Source: Octopus vulgaris
Lineage: Eukaryota
Length of the DNA stretch: 64,000 nucleotides
Direction of reading: 5' to 3'
Assembly (NCBI GenBank): GCA_951406725.2
Contig: OX597815.1
Location: forward strand, 52,142,001-52,206,000
Shown here: positions 26,951 to 41,289 of the stretch, piece after piece
Layout of the letters: each line of letters starts with the position of its first letter
Position numbering within the stretch: position 1 is the first letter of the stretch
Notes under the pieces: generated by a model
What the model was told of the DNA's origin: nothing
Seen by the model: only the letters and a program-made list of their open reading frames with translations
Database searches by the model: none
Translations under genes and position numbers: made by a program

Positions 26951-27039
26951 TGAATAATGCTATTGCAGAAAATGTGGTACTAATTATAAAAATGAAAAGT
27001 TGCCATATTATAGATTATACCGGCCAAAACTACAATCTT

Positions 27040-27880
27040 TTACTTTTTGTTTGTTTCAGTCATTGGAGTGAGGCTTTGCTGGAGCAGCACCTTAATGGGT
27101 TTAGTGGAACAAATTGATCCAAGTAGTTATTTTTTTTTGTTTTTGGCCTTGTATTTATTCTATTGGTATCTTTTACCAGACAGCTAAGTTAGGAGGACAT
27201 AAATAAACCAACACCAGTTGTCAAGAGGTGGTGGGGGACATACACAAAGACTTACACACATAAAACACACATACATGCATATATTCTTTTATTCTTTTAC
27301 ATGTTTCAGTCATTTGACTGTGGCCATGCTGGAGCATCACCTTAAAGAGTTTTAGTTGAAGAAATTGACACCCAAGCCTAGTACTTATTCTATTGTCTCT
27401 TTTGCTGAACTGCTAAGTTACAGGGATGTAAACACACCAACATTGGTTGTCAAGTGATTGTGGGGGGAGACAAACACAAAGACACACACACACACACACA
27501 CACATACACACACATACACACACATACACACACATACACACACACATATGACAAGCTTCTTTCAGTTTCAATCCACCAAATCCACTCACAAGGCTTTGTT
27601 CAGCCCAAGACTATAGTAGATGACACTTGTCCAAGGAGCCACACAGTGGGACTGAACCTGGGACCATGTGGTTGGGAAGCAAGCTTCTTACCACACAGCC
27701 ATACCTGCACCTATATGATGGGCCTCTTTCAGTTTCCATCTACTAAATCCACTCACAAGGTTTTGATCAGTCCAGTGCAATAGTAGAAGACACATGGCCA
27801 AGATGTTGCACAGTGAGACTGTGCCAAGCAAGACAACTTGGTTGGGAAGCAAACTTCTTAGCCACACAGCCATACCTGCA
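27040..27880 (-). mobile_element. Tandem cluster of three SINE family A copies or fragments
   Basis: Repeated reverse-complement heads (ccacacagccatacctgc at ~27691 and ~27862) and tails. Confidence 0.8.
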
Positions 27881-29100
27881 TCTATAATGTGAATGTTTAT
27901 TGTTTAATTTACCTTATATGATCACATATTCATATATCTTTATTTCATACTTTTCATTTTATGTGATAACAATAACTAAAACAAAACTTTTTCTGCTTTT
28001 CTTTTTTTTTTAATTTAATCTTAGTTTTAAAAAAATGCAAAGATTTGAAGACCATAGCCTTTTGTAATACCACCACCACCACCACCACCACCACCACCAC
28101 CACCACCAACACCACCACCACCATCACCACCACCATCACTGCCGCTGCCACCGCCACCGCCACCACCACCACCACCACCACCATCGTCATCATCATGCCT
28201 GTCTTCCAATCTTCCATGCTGGTATGGGTTGGACTGTTTGACAGGAGCTGACAAGTCCAAGAACTTTCCCGAACTCTACTGCTGGATGCCCTTTCCTAAT
28301 AGAAACCACTTTACAGAATGTGGTGGGTGCTTCTTTTACGTGGCACCAGTACTTGCAAGTTTACCAAATAACTTACAAGACAAAAGATCCCTCACCTGAG
28401 GAAGGTGGCTTTGTGCCAGGTGATGAGATTTATGTGCCAAACATTTGGTTTTGTGTCTTTAGTAGAGTTTGCTCTGTTGGAAGCATTTTAGATGTCAGGC
28501 TTCTTATTTTCTCACAATTTTCCTGCAGATTTTGATGTTTATTGATATTTAGGTTGGACTTTGAACATATCAACCTCAACAGTCCAGTCTAGGCTGACCC
28601 CAAAAGATCATGGATAGTTTTTCTTTCTCTCAGACTCACTTATAGCAAAGCACTTACTTCTCACAAAATCATTACTTCTTACTCTTGAATTGAAGAATAC
28701 ATCTTACTCAGAAATATGACCAAACATTTCCAGTGAATGTGAACTTGTGACACATGATCTTTGTATTTCAACTGCCTTCTTTATACAGCTGCTATGAATT
28801 AATGAAACCCATGAACAAGTGGTCATGGGGAAATATCACCTTACTGAGCAACAGCTAAGGGTTGGTGACAGGAAGGGTATCCAGCTGTAGAAAATCTGCC
28901 TTAGTAAATTCCATCTGGTCCATAAGAGCATGGAAAAGTGGATGTTAAAAGGACAATGATGATGATGATGACGATAATGACAATTTAGATTAGTGTTTCT
29001 CAACCATTATTTTGCCTACAGCCCCTTTTGACTCCTATTTTACTTGGGTAGACCCTGCTAGACATCTGATGTTTAAAAATCTTATTGATGATTAACATTA

Positions 29101-29409
29101 CTTGTCAGTATAGTTACTACTCTCAGCTCTTATTGAGATTTTCTAACTGGCTACTTGGCTTGTTACAAATCAGTGACTGGAACAGACTCCTGTTATCTCT
29201 GTAGTGGTTGGATGATTGTGACTAAAGATGAGCAGAAATAGCCTGAAACCGATTCGGTCTCATGAATCTGTCATCTGCTGAAGGATGGTAGGGGTTTACC
29301 CACATGCTTGCAATATATACAGGGTGCAGGCTGTACCTATAACCAGCTGGTGGAAGATCTGTATGGGATTAAAACGATAGTGACATTGAACAGCCATACT
29401 GATGTGGCA
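29101..29409 (+). mobile_element. ~310 bp insert with 10 bp TSD and a degenerate hammerhead
   Basis: attaacatta is duplicated at 29091-29100 and 29410-29419. Internal gattgtga-CTAAAGA-...-GAAAC-cgattcg-GTC-tcatgaatc. Confidence 0.55.
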
Positions 29410-29519
29410 ATTAACATTATTAATCCTATTATATTTTAATAGTTAAATATCATTAAGAAATTTATAGAGACAAAAATTGTTAAAAATATTTTGTGTATTG
29501 TAGAAGTATAACCAAGTTA

Positions 29520-29703
29520 TTCTTTTACTCCTTTACTTGTTTCAGTCATTTTGACTGCAGCCATGCTGGAGCACCACCTTCAGTCGGGAAAATCGACCCC
29601 AGGACTTATTCTTTGGTCTTTTTTGCTGAACCGCTAAGTTACACCAGCATTGGTTGTCATGCGATGTTGGACACACACACACACACAAACATATACACAC
29701 ACA

Positions 29704-29746
<43 letters not shown>

Positions 29747-29900
29747 GATGGGCTTCTTTCAGTTTCCAACTACCAAATCCACTCACAAGGCTTTGGTCAG
29801 CCCGAGGCTGTAGTAGAAGACACTTGCCCAAGGTGCCATGCAGTGGGACTGAACCCGGAACCATGTGGTTGGTAAGCAAGCTACTTACCACACAGCCACT
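29520..29900 (-). mobile_element. SINE family A copy nested in the hAT element
   Basis: Near-consensus reverse-complement copy. Confidence 0.85.
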
Positions 29901-30880
29901 AACAAAATCTTATATGGATCCCACAAGGGCCATATGGACCCCGGTTGAGAATCTCTGATTTAGATAATCATTCTATTTTCTGATATATAAAGGAAACACA
30001 GAAAAGTAGAATGCCAGCCTGTGTGAATTATTTCATTCAGTTCAGTATTTCAAGATACAAAGCTTAAATCTCAAGTTTGACTTTGAATTTCTAAATAGCT
30101 GAAATAAATTCTTAATAAGAATATAATTCTGGATTGTTAATCCCAACTTTAGAGATGAAGCATTTTTTAATATATATATCTACATTATGTTTACATTAGT
30201 TTCATTGATAAATATCTCATCTCTGAATAAATACATAAAATTGGATTTGAACTAGATATCTTTTTAGCTAAACTTCCATTTTGCTGTGTGTTGACAAATT
30301 AATTATAATCAACTTAATCATTTCCCTTGGAAAATATTCAAAATAATCAACATACACACACACATGTGCACACATACATATGCATATACACACACATATG
30401 CACACATGCACACACATGCATGCGCACACACATAGACATACACTTGCATGCACACACATATACACACATGCACACACACACACACATGCATGTATGCACA
30501 TGTACAATAAACTTATGGTGTCAACAACTGAATTGATGACACTACAAAAACTTTAATAACAAAATGGTGTTCTTTTCTCTTTTCTGTTGTCATGTGAAAT
30601 ATTGTCTGTCATTTCCATTTGGGTTATACCATGCTGTGTGCTGTCTACACAGTTGTGTAGCTAACATATGTGGTTTCTCTTTCTGTTTGTCGTTTTCTCT
30701 TGTACTGTGTCTCATTCTCTCTTCTATCTCTGTCTGTCTGTCTGTGTCCCCACCACCCACCCATCAGTATCTATTTTTTTCTCTTTCTTTGCATTTCTCT
30801 TTGTTTTTGGTTTCTATAAGCATGCACAAATGTACATCCCCCCCACCTACATATATTTGTCTGTCTATCTGTCTATTTTC

Positions 30881-31095
30881 ATTATTCTTATACAAGAATG
30901 TTGTTGACAATGACTTTGAAGTTTCGGCCAGCTAAGCCATCATCTGATGATGGCTTATCTAGCTGAAACTTCGAAGTCACTGTCAACAACATTCTTGTAT
31001 AAGAATAATAAATTTGTTCTCTTCAAAAGTATAGACTAATCCATCAGATTAATGTAAAATTATTTTTATTATAACTGAACATAAAAATAAACACT
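30881..31095 (+). mobile_element. Fold-back palindrome containing a hammerhead core on both strands; probable Penelope-like tail
   Basis: ~62 bp arms (30881-31009). Plus strand CTGATGA-tggcttatctagct-GAAAC-ttcgaa-GTC (30944-30978). Minus strand GATGA-tggcttagctggcc-GAAAC-ttcaaa-GTC. AATAAA follows the right arm. Confidence 0.75.
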
Positions 31096-32396
31096 AATCT
31101 ATCTATCTATCTGTCTGTCTGTCGATTTATATGTCTATCTGTCTGTGTGTTGTTTGTCTGCCTGCCTGGGGGAACAGCTTTTTTTCTATGCATTTTTCTT
31201 TAAATACATGACTACGTTCAACTTTATCATTTTTATTTTACATTTTTCATGTTTTCTTATTTGTTTTTTTTTTGTTTTTTACAGTTGGTTTGGTACAATA
31301 GAGTTCCTAAATTCATATTTGATGTTTTTAGACATTCACAGTCTCATTATCAAGAACTGGTTTAATTTGTGTAGACTTGGCCACCAAAGGGTTTTTTTTT
31401 TTACTATTAGCTTCATGCATCAGCTGTTGTGTTAATCTGTTCACTGTGGTTAAATTTTGACTGTTAGGTTTAAAAAATGTTTGTAAGTCAGTAACCACTT
31501 GTTAATTTCTTTTGATATGCGATTGAGTGTAGAGCTTCAGAACTCTGGCTATTACATTGGAGTGACCAGTACACTCTCACAAAGGCTTACCATGCACCTA
31601 CAAAATGGAGCTATACAATGGCACACAAACATTTTTTAGTTTCTCTCTACCACCTTCACTCTCAAAGCTTTGGTCAGTCTGGGGCTATAGTAGAAGAAAC
31701 TTGCCCAAGGTGCCATGTAGAGAGGCTGAACCAAAGAGTACATGATCAAGAAGTAAGTTCATAATCACAAAGTCACTCATGCTCGAACCTGTGTTTACAA
31801 ATACCATTATATTTACAAATGAGTTTTACATTAACTATTCCACCTGTTTACAAGAAGAGAGAGTTAGACAATAAAATGTAAAAAATCTATTGAGCAGCCA
31901 TATTAGTTAGTGAAACAATATATCTGCTAAGCTAGCTGCAATTCTCACTTAAGAAATAAATTTGACCTATACTGTAAGCTAAGCGATATTACAAGCATAA
32001 ATCTTAGAATAAAAACTTGTTTGACTTATTGTTAGTTTTGTTATGGTATATATATTTTTTCCATTTGATTAAGACTTAAATCTACCATAAATTGTTGTTA
32101 AATCTCAAGGTAATTATAGATATTTATAGGTTTCCATTTCTTCCTCTAACTTCCTTCTCTCATTCCTTTCTTTTTCTTTTTTTATTCCCTTAATTCCAGC
32201 TAATTTTGTTTATGCAGTTTTAATTTGACATACAAGTTTTATGTAAGTTGTTGTTTTAACCTCAGTTATTGAGATTAGTTGATTAGGAAAACTGATGGAA
32301 AAACTGCAGTCTAAGATATATTATCCTTTGCTACATCTTCTGAGATGGTTTTCTAGTTGAAATTTAGAAAATTTTCCATTTTCTGAAAAATAAAAG

Positions 32397-32953
32397 AGGC
32401 TGTGTGGTAAGAAGCTTGCTTCTCAACCATATTGTTCTGGGTTCAGTCCCACTGCATGGCATCTTGGGCAAGTGTCTACTTCTAGAGCTTCAGGCTGACC
32501 AAAGCTATGCGAGTGGATTCGGTAGACAGAAACTGAAAGAAACCTATCATGTATGTTGTGTGGTAAGTAGCTTGCTAACCAACCACATGGTTCAGGGTTC
32601 AGTCCCACTGTGTGGCATCTTGGGCGAGTGTCTTCTGCTATAGCCCCGGGCCGACCAATGCCTTGTGAGTGGATTTGGTAGTTGGAAACTGAAAGAAGCC
32701 TGTCGTATATATGTATATATATATGTGTGTGTATGTGTTTGTGTGTCTGTGTTTGTCCCCCTAGCATTGCTTGACAACCGATGCTGGTGTGTTTATGTCC
32801 CCGACACTTAGCGGTTCGGCAAAATAGACCGATAGAATAAGTAATGGGCTTACAAAGAATAAGTCCCGGGGTCGATTTGCTCAACTAAAAGGCGGTGCTC
32901 CAGCATGGCCACAGTCAAATGACTGAAACAAGTAAAAGAGTAAAAGAGTAAGA

Positions 32954-32990
<37 letters not shown>

Positions 32991-33242
32991 CACATACACG
33001 TATGTATGTGTGTGTGTGTGCACATGTGTGTTTGTGTTGTCTATGTTTGTCCCCCACCACTAATTGACAACCGGTGCTGGTGTGTTTACGTCCTCATAAC
33101 TTGGTGGTTTGGCAAAAGTAATGGATACAATAAGTATGAGCCTTAAAAAAACGTACTGGGGTCGATTCATCTGACTAAAATTCTCCAAGGTGGAGCTCCA
33201 GCATTACTGCAGTCTAATGACTGAAACAAACAAAAGATAAAA
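32397..33242 (+). mobile_element. Nested or tandem SINE family A copies
   Basis: Two heads (32397, ~32557) and two tails (~32950, ~33240), consistent with a younger copy inserted in an older one. Confidence 0.8.
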
Positions 33243-33867
33243 GGTTACAGAAAGATAGGTTAGAAAATTCTATCAAAACACTTCTGGCCTAAGTCTTTGT
33301 AAGGGAGGGAGAGAAGGTGAAGACATATCGTAAAGAACTGCTAATGTATTATGGGTAGCACTTTTGTTGGGGGTCTGTTAGTTATTTTTCTTATTATTTC
33401 AGCACACTAAGAATGTATGATCATTGTTGCCAAGTGCCCTCAGGTCAATCTAATCAATCAGATAGTTAATCCAATGTATTGAATCAATGATTTTGTTAAT
33501 TAAATGTATTCTTGCTATGATCATCTCATCTTTGTTTTTCAAAACCATTATTTCGAGGACTGTGTTATTTAATATGGCCTCCTTTTTCAAGAATGTAAAG
33601 TTTGATTTGAAAGAGACTTGGTTGGTACTTTTAGCAGCTTGAGTGACCAGGTGAAGACACTCTCTGTTTGGCTGATTAGGGTATGTGATTATAGTAGAGA
33701 AACAGTTTTGTTTAATGTTTTTAGTTATATTGGTCATACTAGTCTTATGAAAACAATTACAATGCAGTGACAATCTGGTTGTAAGATCGATATTAATGGG
33801 CATCAATGAGAAAACATAGCTTTCTGTAATTTATACATTACTTTCAAAGTAACGAATATTGATTGTG

Positions 33868-33921
<54 letters not shown>

Positions 33922-34889
33922 AAGAGAGAGACTGAGTAAGTGTATGTGTCCACCAAGTATGTGTGTGTGTGTTTTGGATGAGAAAATACTTGATGAGAGA
34001 TAGCATGACAAGAATGTATCTATCAGTCTAGCTTTTGCCACATTAATGTGATTTATATGATTCCATGAATAATACCTAATAAATAAATAAAGATAACAGC
34101 AGCAACAACAGCAACAAAAGTATGAATTATTAATTGTAATAAAATATTAATTGCATATTGACATTCTTCCTCTTGATTTTACCCTTAAAATCACCTGTTT
34201 AAGTACTCAGAGTAAAATGCATTAATCCTTCAAGTTAATAACTATTTAAGTATTCCTTTTAATGTAACGAAATAATGTTCGACTTGATCCATCATCTGTT
34301 GCTTTCTATTATCTCCTGGGAACTGCTCCTACAAAGTTAATATCCATAACCTTTAAACAATCCAAATACATACCTCAATTATTAATTATGTCACACACCA
34401 GAGAATATATAAATAGATTTGATAAAATAATATTATTTAACTTTACTCTGAAATAATTTTGGGTTATATACACTTATAAACTATGAGAGGGCATGTGAGA
34501 TTTGACATCTGAAAGCTCATGACTTCAGCCTGGCTGAATCTCATTCAACTTTGATTCATACTATCACTCCATCAACCATATTGCGTATACATCAGTAGAA
34601 ATTTGGAGTTAATCATCTTGTGACATAAGTTTGATCAAAATTATCTGATGATATGCTCTTCTTTTCATCCATAACTTGCAAAAGTAAAAAAAAAGAAATT
34701 GTGGACAAGTGCCGGCATGGCTGCGTGGTAAGAAGTTAGCTTCCCTACCACTTGGTTCTGAGTTCAATCTCACTGCATGGAACCTTGGGCAAGTGTCTTC
34801 TACTATAGCCTTGCATTGAGTGAGGCCTTGTAGGTGGATTTGGTAGACAGAAACTGAAATAAGCCTGTTGTATACACACACACACACAT

Positions 34890-34941
<52 letters not shown>

Positions 34942-36309
34942 TAGCACAGCACACACTGTAAACTGGTTGGGATTAGGAAGGGCTCCAGCTGTAGAAACCA
35001 AGCCAAATCATCCCGGAACTTGGTGCAGCTTTTCTGCTTGCTAGCTCTGGTCAAACCGTTCAACCCATGCCAGCACAGAAAACAGACATTAAAGGATGAT
35101 GATGATCATGGTGTGTGTGTGTGTGTGTGTGCAAGCATGTGTTTGTCCCCCACCCTACTTGACAACTGCTGCTGGCATGTTTACATTCCAGTAAGTTAGC
35201 GATTTGGCAATAGAAACTGATAGATTAAGTAACAGGCTCAAAGAGAAGATAAGAACTAGAATCAATTCATTCAACTAAAATTCCTCAAGGCACTGCCCCA
35301 GCATGGCTACAGTCTTATGACTGAAACAAATAAAAGATTACAAAATTAAGTTCTGGGAGTAATATTATATTTCATTAACTATCTTTTACATGTTTAAGGA
35401 ACTGGACTATGGCCATTGGACTATGGCCTTGAAGGGTTTAGTCAAATAAAATTAACCTCAGGACTTATTTTCTTTATTTTCTCTGGTATTTAGTTTATTG
35501 GTCTCTTTTGCTGAACTGTTAAGTTATGGGGACATAAACAAACCAACATTGGTGGTGGGGGATAAACACACACATGCATACATGCACGTGCACACACACA
35601 CACATACATGTGCATGCATGTGCACACACACGCGCACACACATACATGTGCATACACATGCACACACACATACAAACATACACACATGCACATACACATA
35701 CACATGCACATAGATATATACAATGAGCTTCTTTTAGATTTTGCCTATTAAATCCACTTGCAAGGCTTTGGTCAGCTTGGGGCTATAGTAGAAGCCCCTT
35801 GTCCAATATGCCATGCAGTGGGACTGAACCCAGAACCATGTAATTAATTGTTGATTTTTCCTTTTTTTGAGTGTGGCAGGTAGGTAACACTTTGACAACT
35901 TATAGAGTGAATAGTTAACTGCACGGCAAATATATTATTCCAGCAAAATATTATAACTTATAAAAAGTATACTAAATTACCTGGAAAAGAAAAAAAATAA
36001 CTTGTGAGTGATACAGAATAGGAAATTTGTTAAATTTTGATAAATCTATTTCTAAAATTTAATATGACATTTAATGAGTTCATAAATAAATATGGAAAAA
36101 GGAAAACTCATTGTGTCTATAAATTATTTATGAATGTTTAATTAATTTAGAATTAGTTCCTTTAATACATGTTTTTTTGTTCCTCATTACTTGATATATA
36201 TATATTTAATGTATGCTTTTCGCTTCACATCCTAGCGATTTTTCTATAAACTGCTTTTGAAAATTTAATAATAATAACAACAACAACAACAACAATAATA
36301 ATGATGATG

Positions 36310-37741
<1,432 letters not shown>

Positions 37742-37896
37742 ATAATAATAATAATATAATAATAATGGTTTCAAATTTTGGCACGAGGCTAGCAAGTTCA
37801 GAGAAAGGGTAAGTTGGTTACATCAATCCCAGTGCTCAGCTGGTACTTATTTTATCGATCTCAAAAGTATGAAAGGCAAAAATCAATAATAATAAT

Positions 37897-38262
37897 AAGA
37901 GCATTCAGAGAGTGCAAACCTCTGCCAAGCGAACACCAACATCCTCTCAATGATTAGCTGGAGATGATTTTTAAAATGAGAATATCTGAAATAACTTGAC
38001 TGTTCTCACAAATGAGAATATTAAAAATGAACCTGACTGCTCTCAAGAAATTAAGTAAAAAAATAAAAAACAGGAAAAATAATCCAGAATCCTTGTCTTG
38101 TACTGGATCGATACCAGAATCTAATCAGTTCATACCAGTCATGAGGCCAAACAGCCCTGAAAGTTTCATTTGAATCCATCCAGCTGTTCTTGAGATATCT
38201 TGTCCATAGACAAACAAACACGACTGAAAACAATACCTCTACCTTCGCTAAGGTGGAGGTAA
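37897..38262 (-). mobile_element. Helentron-associated (HINE/DINE-1-like) non-autonomous element
   Basis: Minus strand: 5' hairpin acctccacctt-agcg-aaggtagaggt, a gtttgtttgtct microsatellite, 3' subterminal IR ttggcagaggt, then terminal hairpin gcactc-tct-gaatgc. T-rich flanks. Confidence 0.65.
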
Positions 38263-38279
38263 TAATAATAATAATAATT

Positions 38280-38330
<51 letters not shown>

Positions 38331-38883
38331 GCCCTGATGCAGTACCAGGCAGTGGCTCTCATGGCTTCTGATCTTAACTGATTGGAAGTGTTATCATGTA
38401 CATATTTTGTCAAGGTGTAAAAGATGGGCTACAGCAAATATTCTACTCAGTACCACAGATTTGCTTGTCAGTTGCATGACCTTAACCAGATGAACTGGTC
38501 TCTTGGGGCTTGACAATATGTGCATTTCTGATCATGAGCAGAAGTAGTTGGGGAGCATCATAGCCATATGTTGAGAGGAATTCTTTGGGTTTTGAATAAT
38601 TCACCTCTGACTACATGGATGTTTCGTTCATCATTCTTAAACAACCCTCATTTAGGGACCTTTAGAGCAGGATGGGCTTCTCAACTTGAAGAAAATTCTA
38701 ATTGGGTCCCACTTACGAAATATGCGCTGCTTATCTTGATATGAGATCACCATGTCTCACACATATGGTTGTGATGCATGTGCTTGGTGTACCCTTATCA
38801 GACAAGTAATCATGATGGGTATATTAGGCTTCATATATTTGTACTCCAGAGTCACTTTGATGGCATGCATTGCTTTCCCTCGC
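38331..38883. mobile_element. Unclassified ~550 bp interspersed element bounded by (TAA)n on both sides
   Basis: Complex non-coding sequence with sharp boundaries against TAA repeats. Confidence 0.45.
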
Positions 38884-39017
38884 AATAATAATAATAATAA
38901 TCCACCCAGAAGGGGCTATGGTAGAAGATCACTTGTTCAAAGTGCCAAGCAATGTGAATGAACTTAGAACCATGTGCTTGGGAAGCAAGCTTTTTACAAC
39001 ACAGTCACTCCTATGGA

Positions 39018-39074
<57 letters not shown>

Positions 39075-39611
39075 TAATCTAATTTCAATATTTTGCATTA
39101 CATTTATATTGTTAAGTAGTGTTTAGATTAATTTCAATAGTAAAGTTTATTGCTAAGAAAATGCCAATATTTAGTGTAGATCACTATCAAAGGGTATCAA
39201 ACAAAGACTTTTCATTCAAATTGAATTAAGAAAAATATAAATCAATCTTGCACACACACACACACACAGACACACACATGTGTGTGTATGTATGTATGTA
39301 TGTATGTGTGTGTCTGCATGTGTGTATACTTACACGCATGCACACACACACAAATATTGATTAATTGCGTAATTCCATTTGTCTTTTTGTGGAAGCATGT
39401 GAAGTGAAGAAATGACAAAAAATTGTTTTAAAGTATTATATTTATACAATTAAATCTAAATGTATTTAATATTTCGTATTTTTCTCTATATCTGTAGCCA
39501 TAAACATGCTTTTTGCTGTATTGTGCTACATCAGTATGGTCTAACAACTAGGCATCTCTATCTAAGTAATATGTAGTCAAGTTATTGTCTTCTTTTTAAA
39601 TTAAACATAAA

Positions 39612-39848
39612 ACGAGAATAAGGAAGACAGAGAGAATAGGGAAGAAAAGGAAGAAAGAGAGAATAAAGAGGAAAGAGAGAATAAGGAAGAAAGAGAGAAT
39701 AAGGAAGAAAGAGAGAATAAGGAAGAAAGAGAGAATAAGGAAGACAGAGAGAATAAGGAGGAAAGAAGGAAGAAAAAGAGAATAAGGAAGACAGAGGATA
39801 TGAAAAAGAGGAATAAGGAAGAAAGAGAGACTAAGGAAGACTGAGAAT
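39612..39848 (+). repeat. 18 bp purine-rich minisatellite
   Basis: Roughly 10-12 variably degenerate copies of gagagaataaggaagaaa. Confidence 0.9.
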
Positions 39849-40320
39849 TTAAAAAACAATAGAAATAATGTGGGAATTTTTTTCATTTCTCCATTCACTT
39901 TAATCACTTCTATGAATACCAAAAAAAATGGAACAACACTATTTCAACATAATACTTTTATGAAAAATTAAAATGTAACAATAGTCAACAAGGTAATTTG
40001 TATATATTGCAAAAGTCATGGGTAACATTAAAATTCACCATATGTATACACATATACACTAAAAAAAGACAACAACAAAAAAGAAAAGAGAAAAGGCTGA
40101 TACCAAGAATAAGTTTAGAATATGGAATACTTTCCAGATGCCTTGAATTTGAACTTCAAAAGACTGCCTTGACTTTAGCGGATGAAGAAGCATGCATTGA
40201 TTAAGCCATTGTTTCTATTTTTCTTTGACTCTTCTCTTTCTTCTGTTTTTCATCATCATCATCATCATTGTCATCACCATTGTCATTGTCTTCATCTTCA
40301 TCTTCATCACCATCATCATT

Positions 40321-40364
<44 letters not shown>

Positions 40365-40828
40365 TTAATCTCTTCCTTCTATGCTGGCATGGGTTGGATG
40401 GTTTGACAGGAGTTGGTGCATCAGAAGACTGCACCAAAGCTGGCTTTGTCAGTTTTAGCATGATTTCTATGGCTAGATGCCCTTCTTAATGTCCAGCACT
40501 TTACAGAGTGTATTGAGTGCTTTTTTACAGGGCACCAGCAGCAATGAGGTCACCAAGTAACTTGCAAGATATAACCCTCTTCAACTGACGGTTGGAGAGT
40601 AGTAATGAGGGAGGTAGCTTTGTGCTAGGTAATGGGAGCTTACAGCATGAATTTAGGGGCAGAAATGGGTGTCTTGCAGTAGAGGAGATACATGGCTACA
40701 CCAATTGGAGAAAGAGAGAAAGAGAGAGGGGGAGAAAGTGGAATGAGAGGAAAGAGAGAGGGGAATGATATATGAAAGAGAGAGAGTGAAGAGAATGAAG
40801 AGGGAGAGAGAGGGAAGCGAGAGAGAGA

Positions 40829-40880
<52 letters not shown>

Positions 40881-41289
40881 AAGATGGTGAAGATGTGATG
40901 GGGTACACAGAAGTTACAAAGATGTGTGTATAAGTGATGTGGAATCAAGGATTGGGTAAGGTGCGTTGGTGGGTAAGTTCATGAGACAGAAAAGAGAGTG
41001 GGAGATGGAGGGAAGGGACTGTAGTGAGTGGATATAAGTAAAGGGAGTGGGTATTAAGAGAATATGTTGTGGGGAAAAGATTTGACAGGGACACATAGTT
41101 TGTAGGTAGGTTTGTGATGGTAAGAAGGGAGAGTGAGAAATAGAAGGGAGGGGAACAGTGAGCGGTGAACATGGGTGGAGGGAAGGGGGAAGTGTTTGGG
41201 TTGTGGGGAAGAGGTTTATCAGAAGCATGGGCATAAGCCTGCTTTTATGGCCTTGATTTTACTTCAATGGACAGGTTTTCTCAAGTACA

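Larger units (their letters stand above)
28991..29957. mobile_element. hAT (Charlie/Buster-type) non-autonomous element carrying nested insertions
   Basis: TIRs tagtgtttctcaacc / ggttgagaatctctg with a perfect 8 bp TSD ATTTAGAT (28983-28990 and 29958-29965; central TA). Confidence 0.85.
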
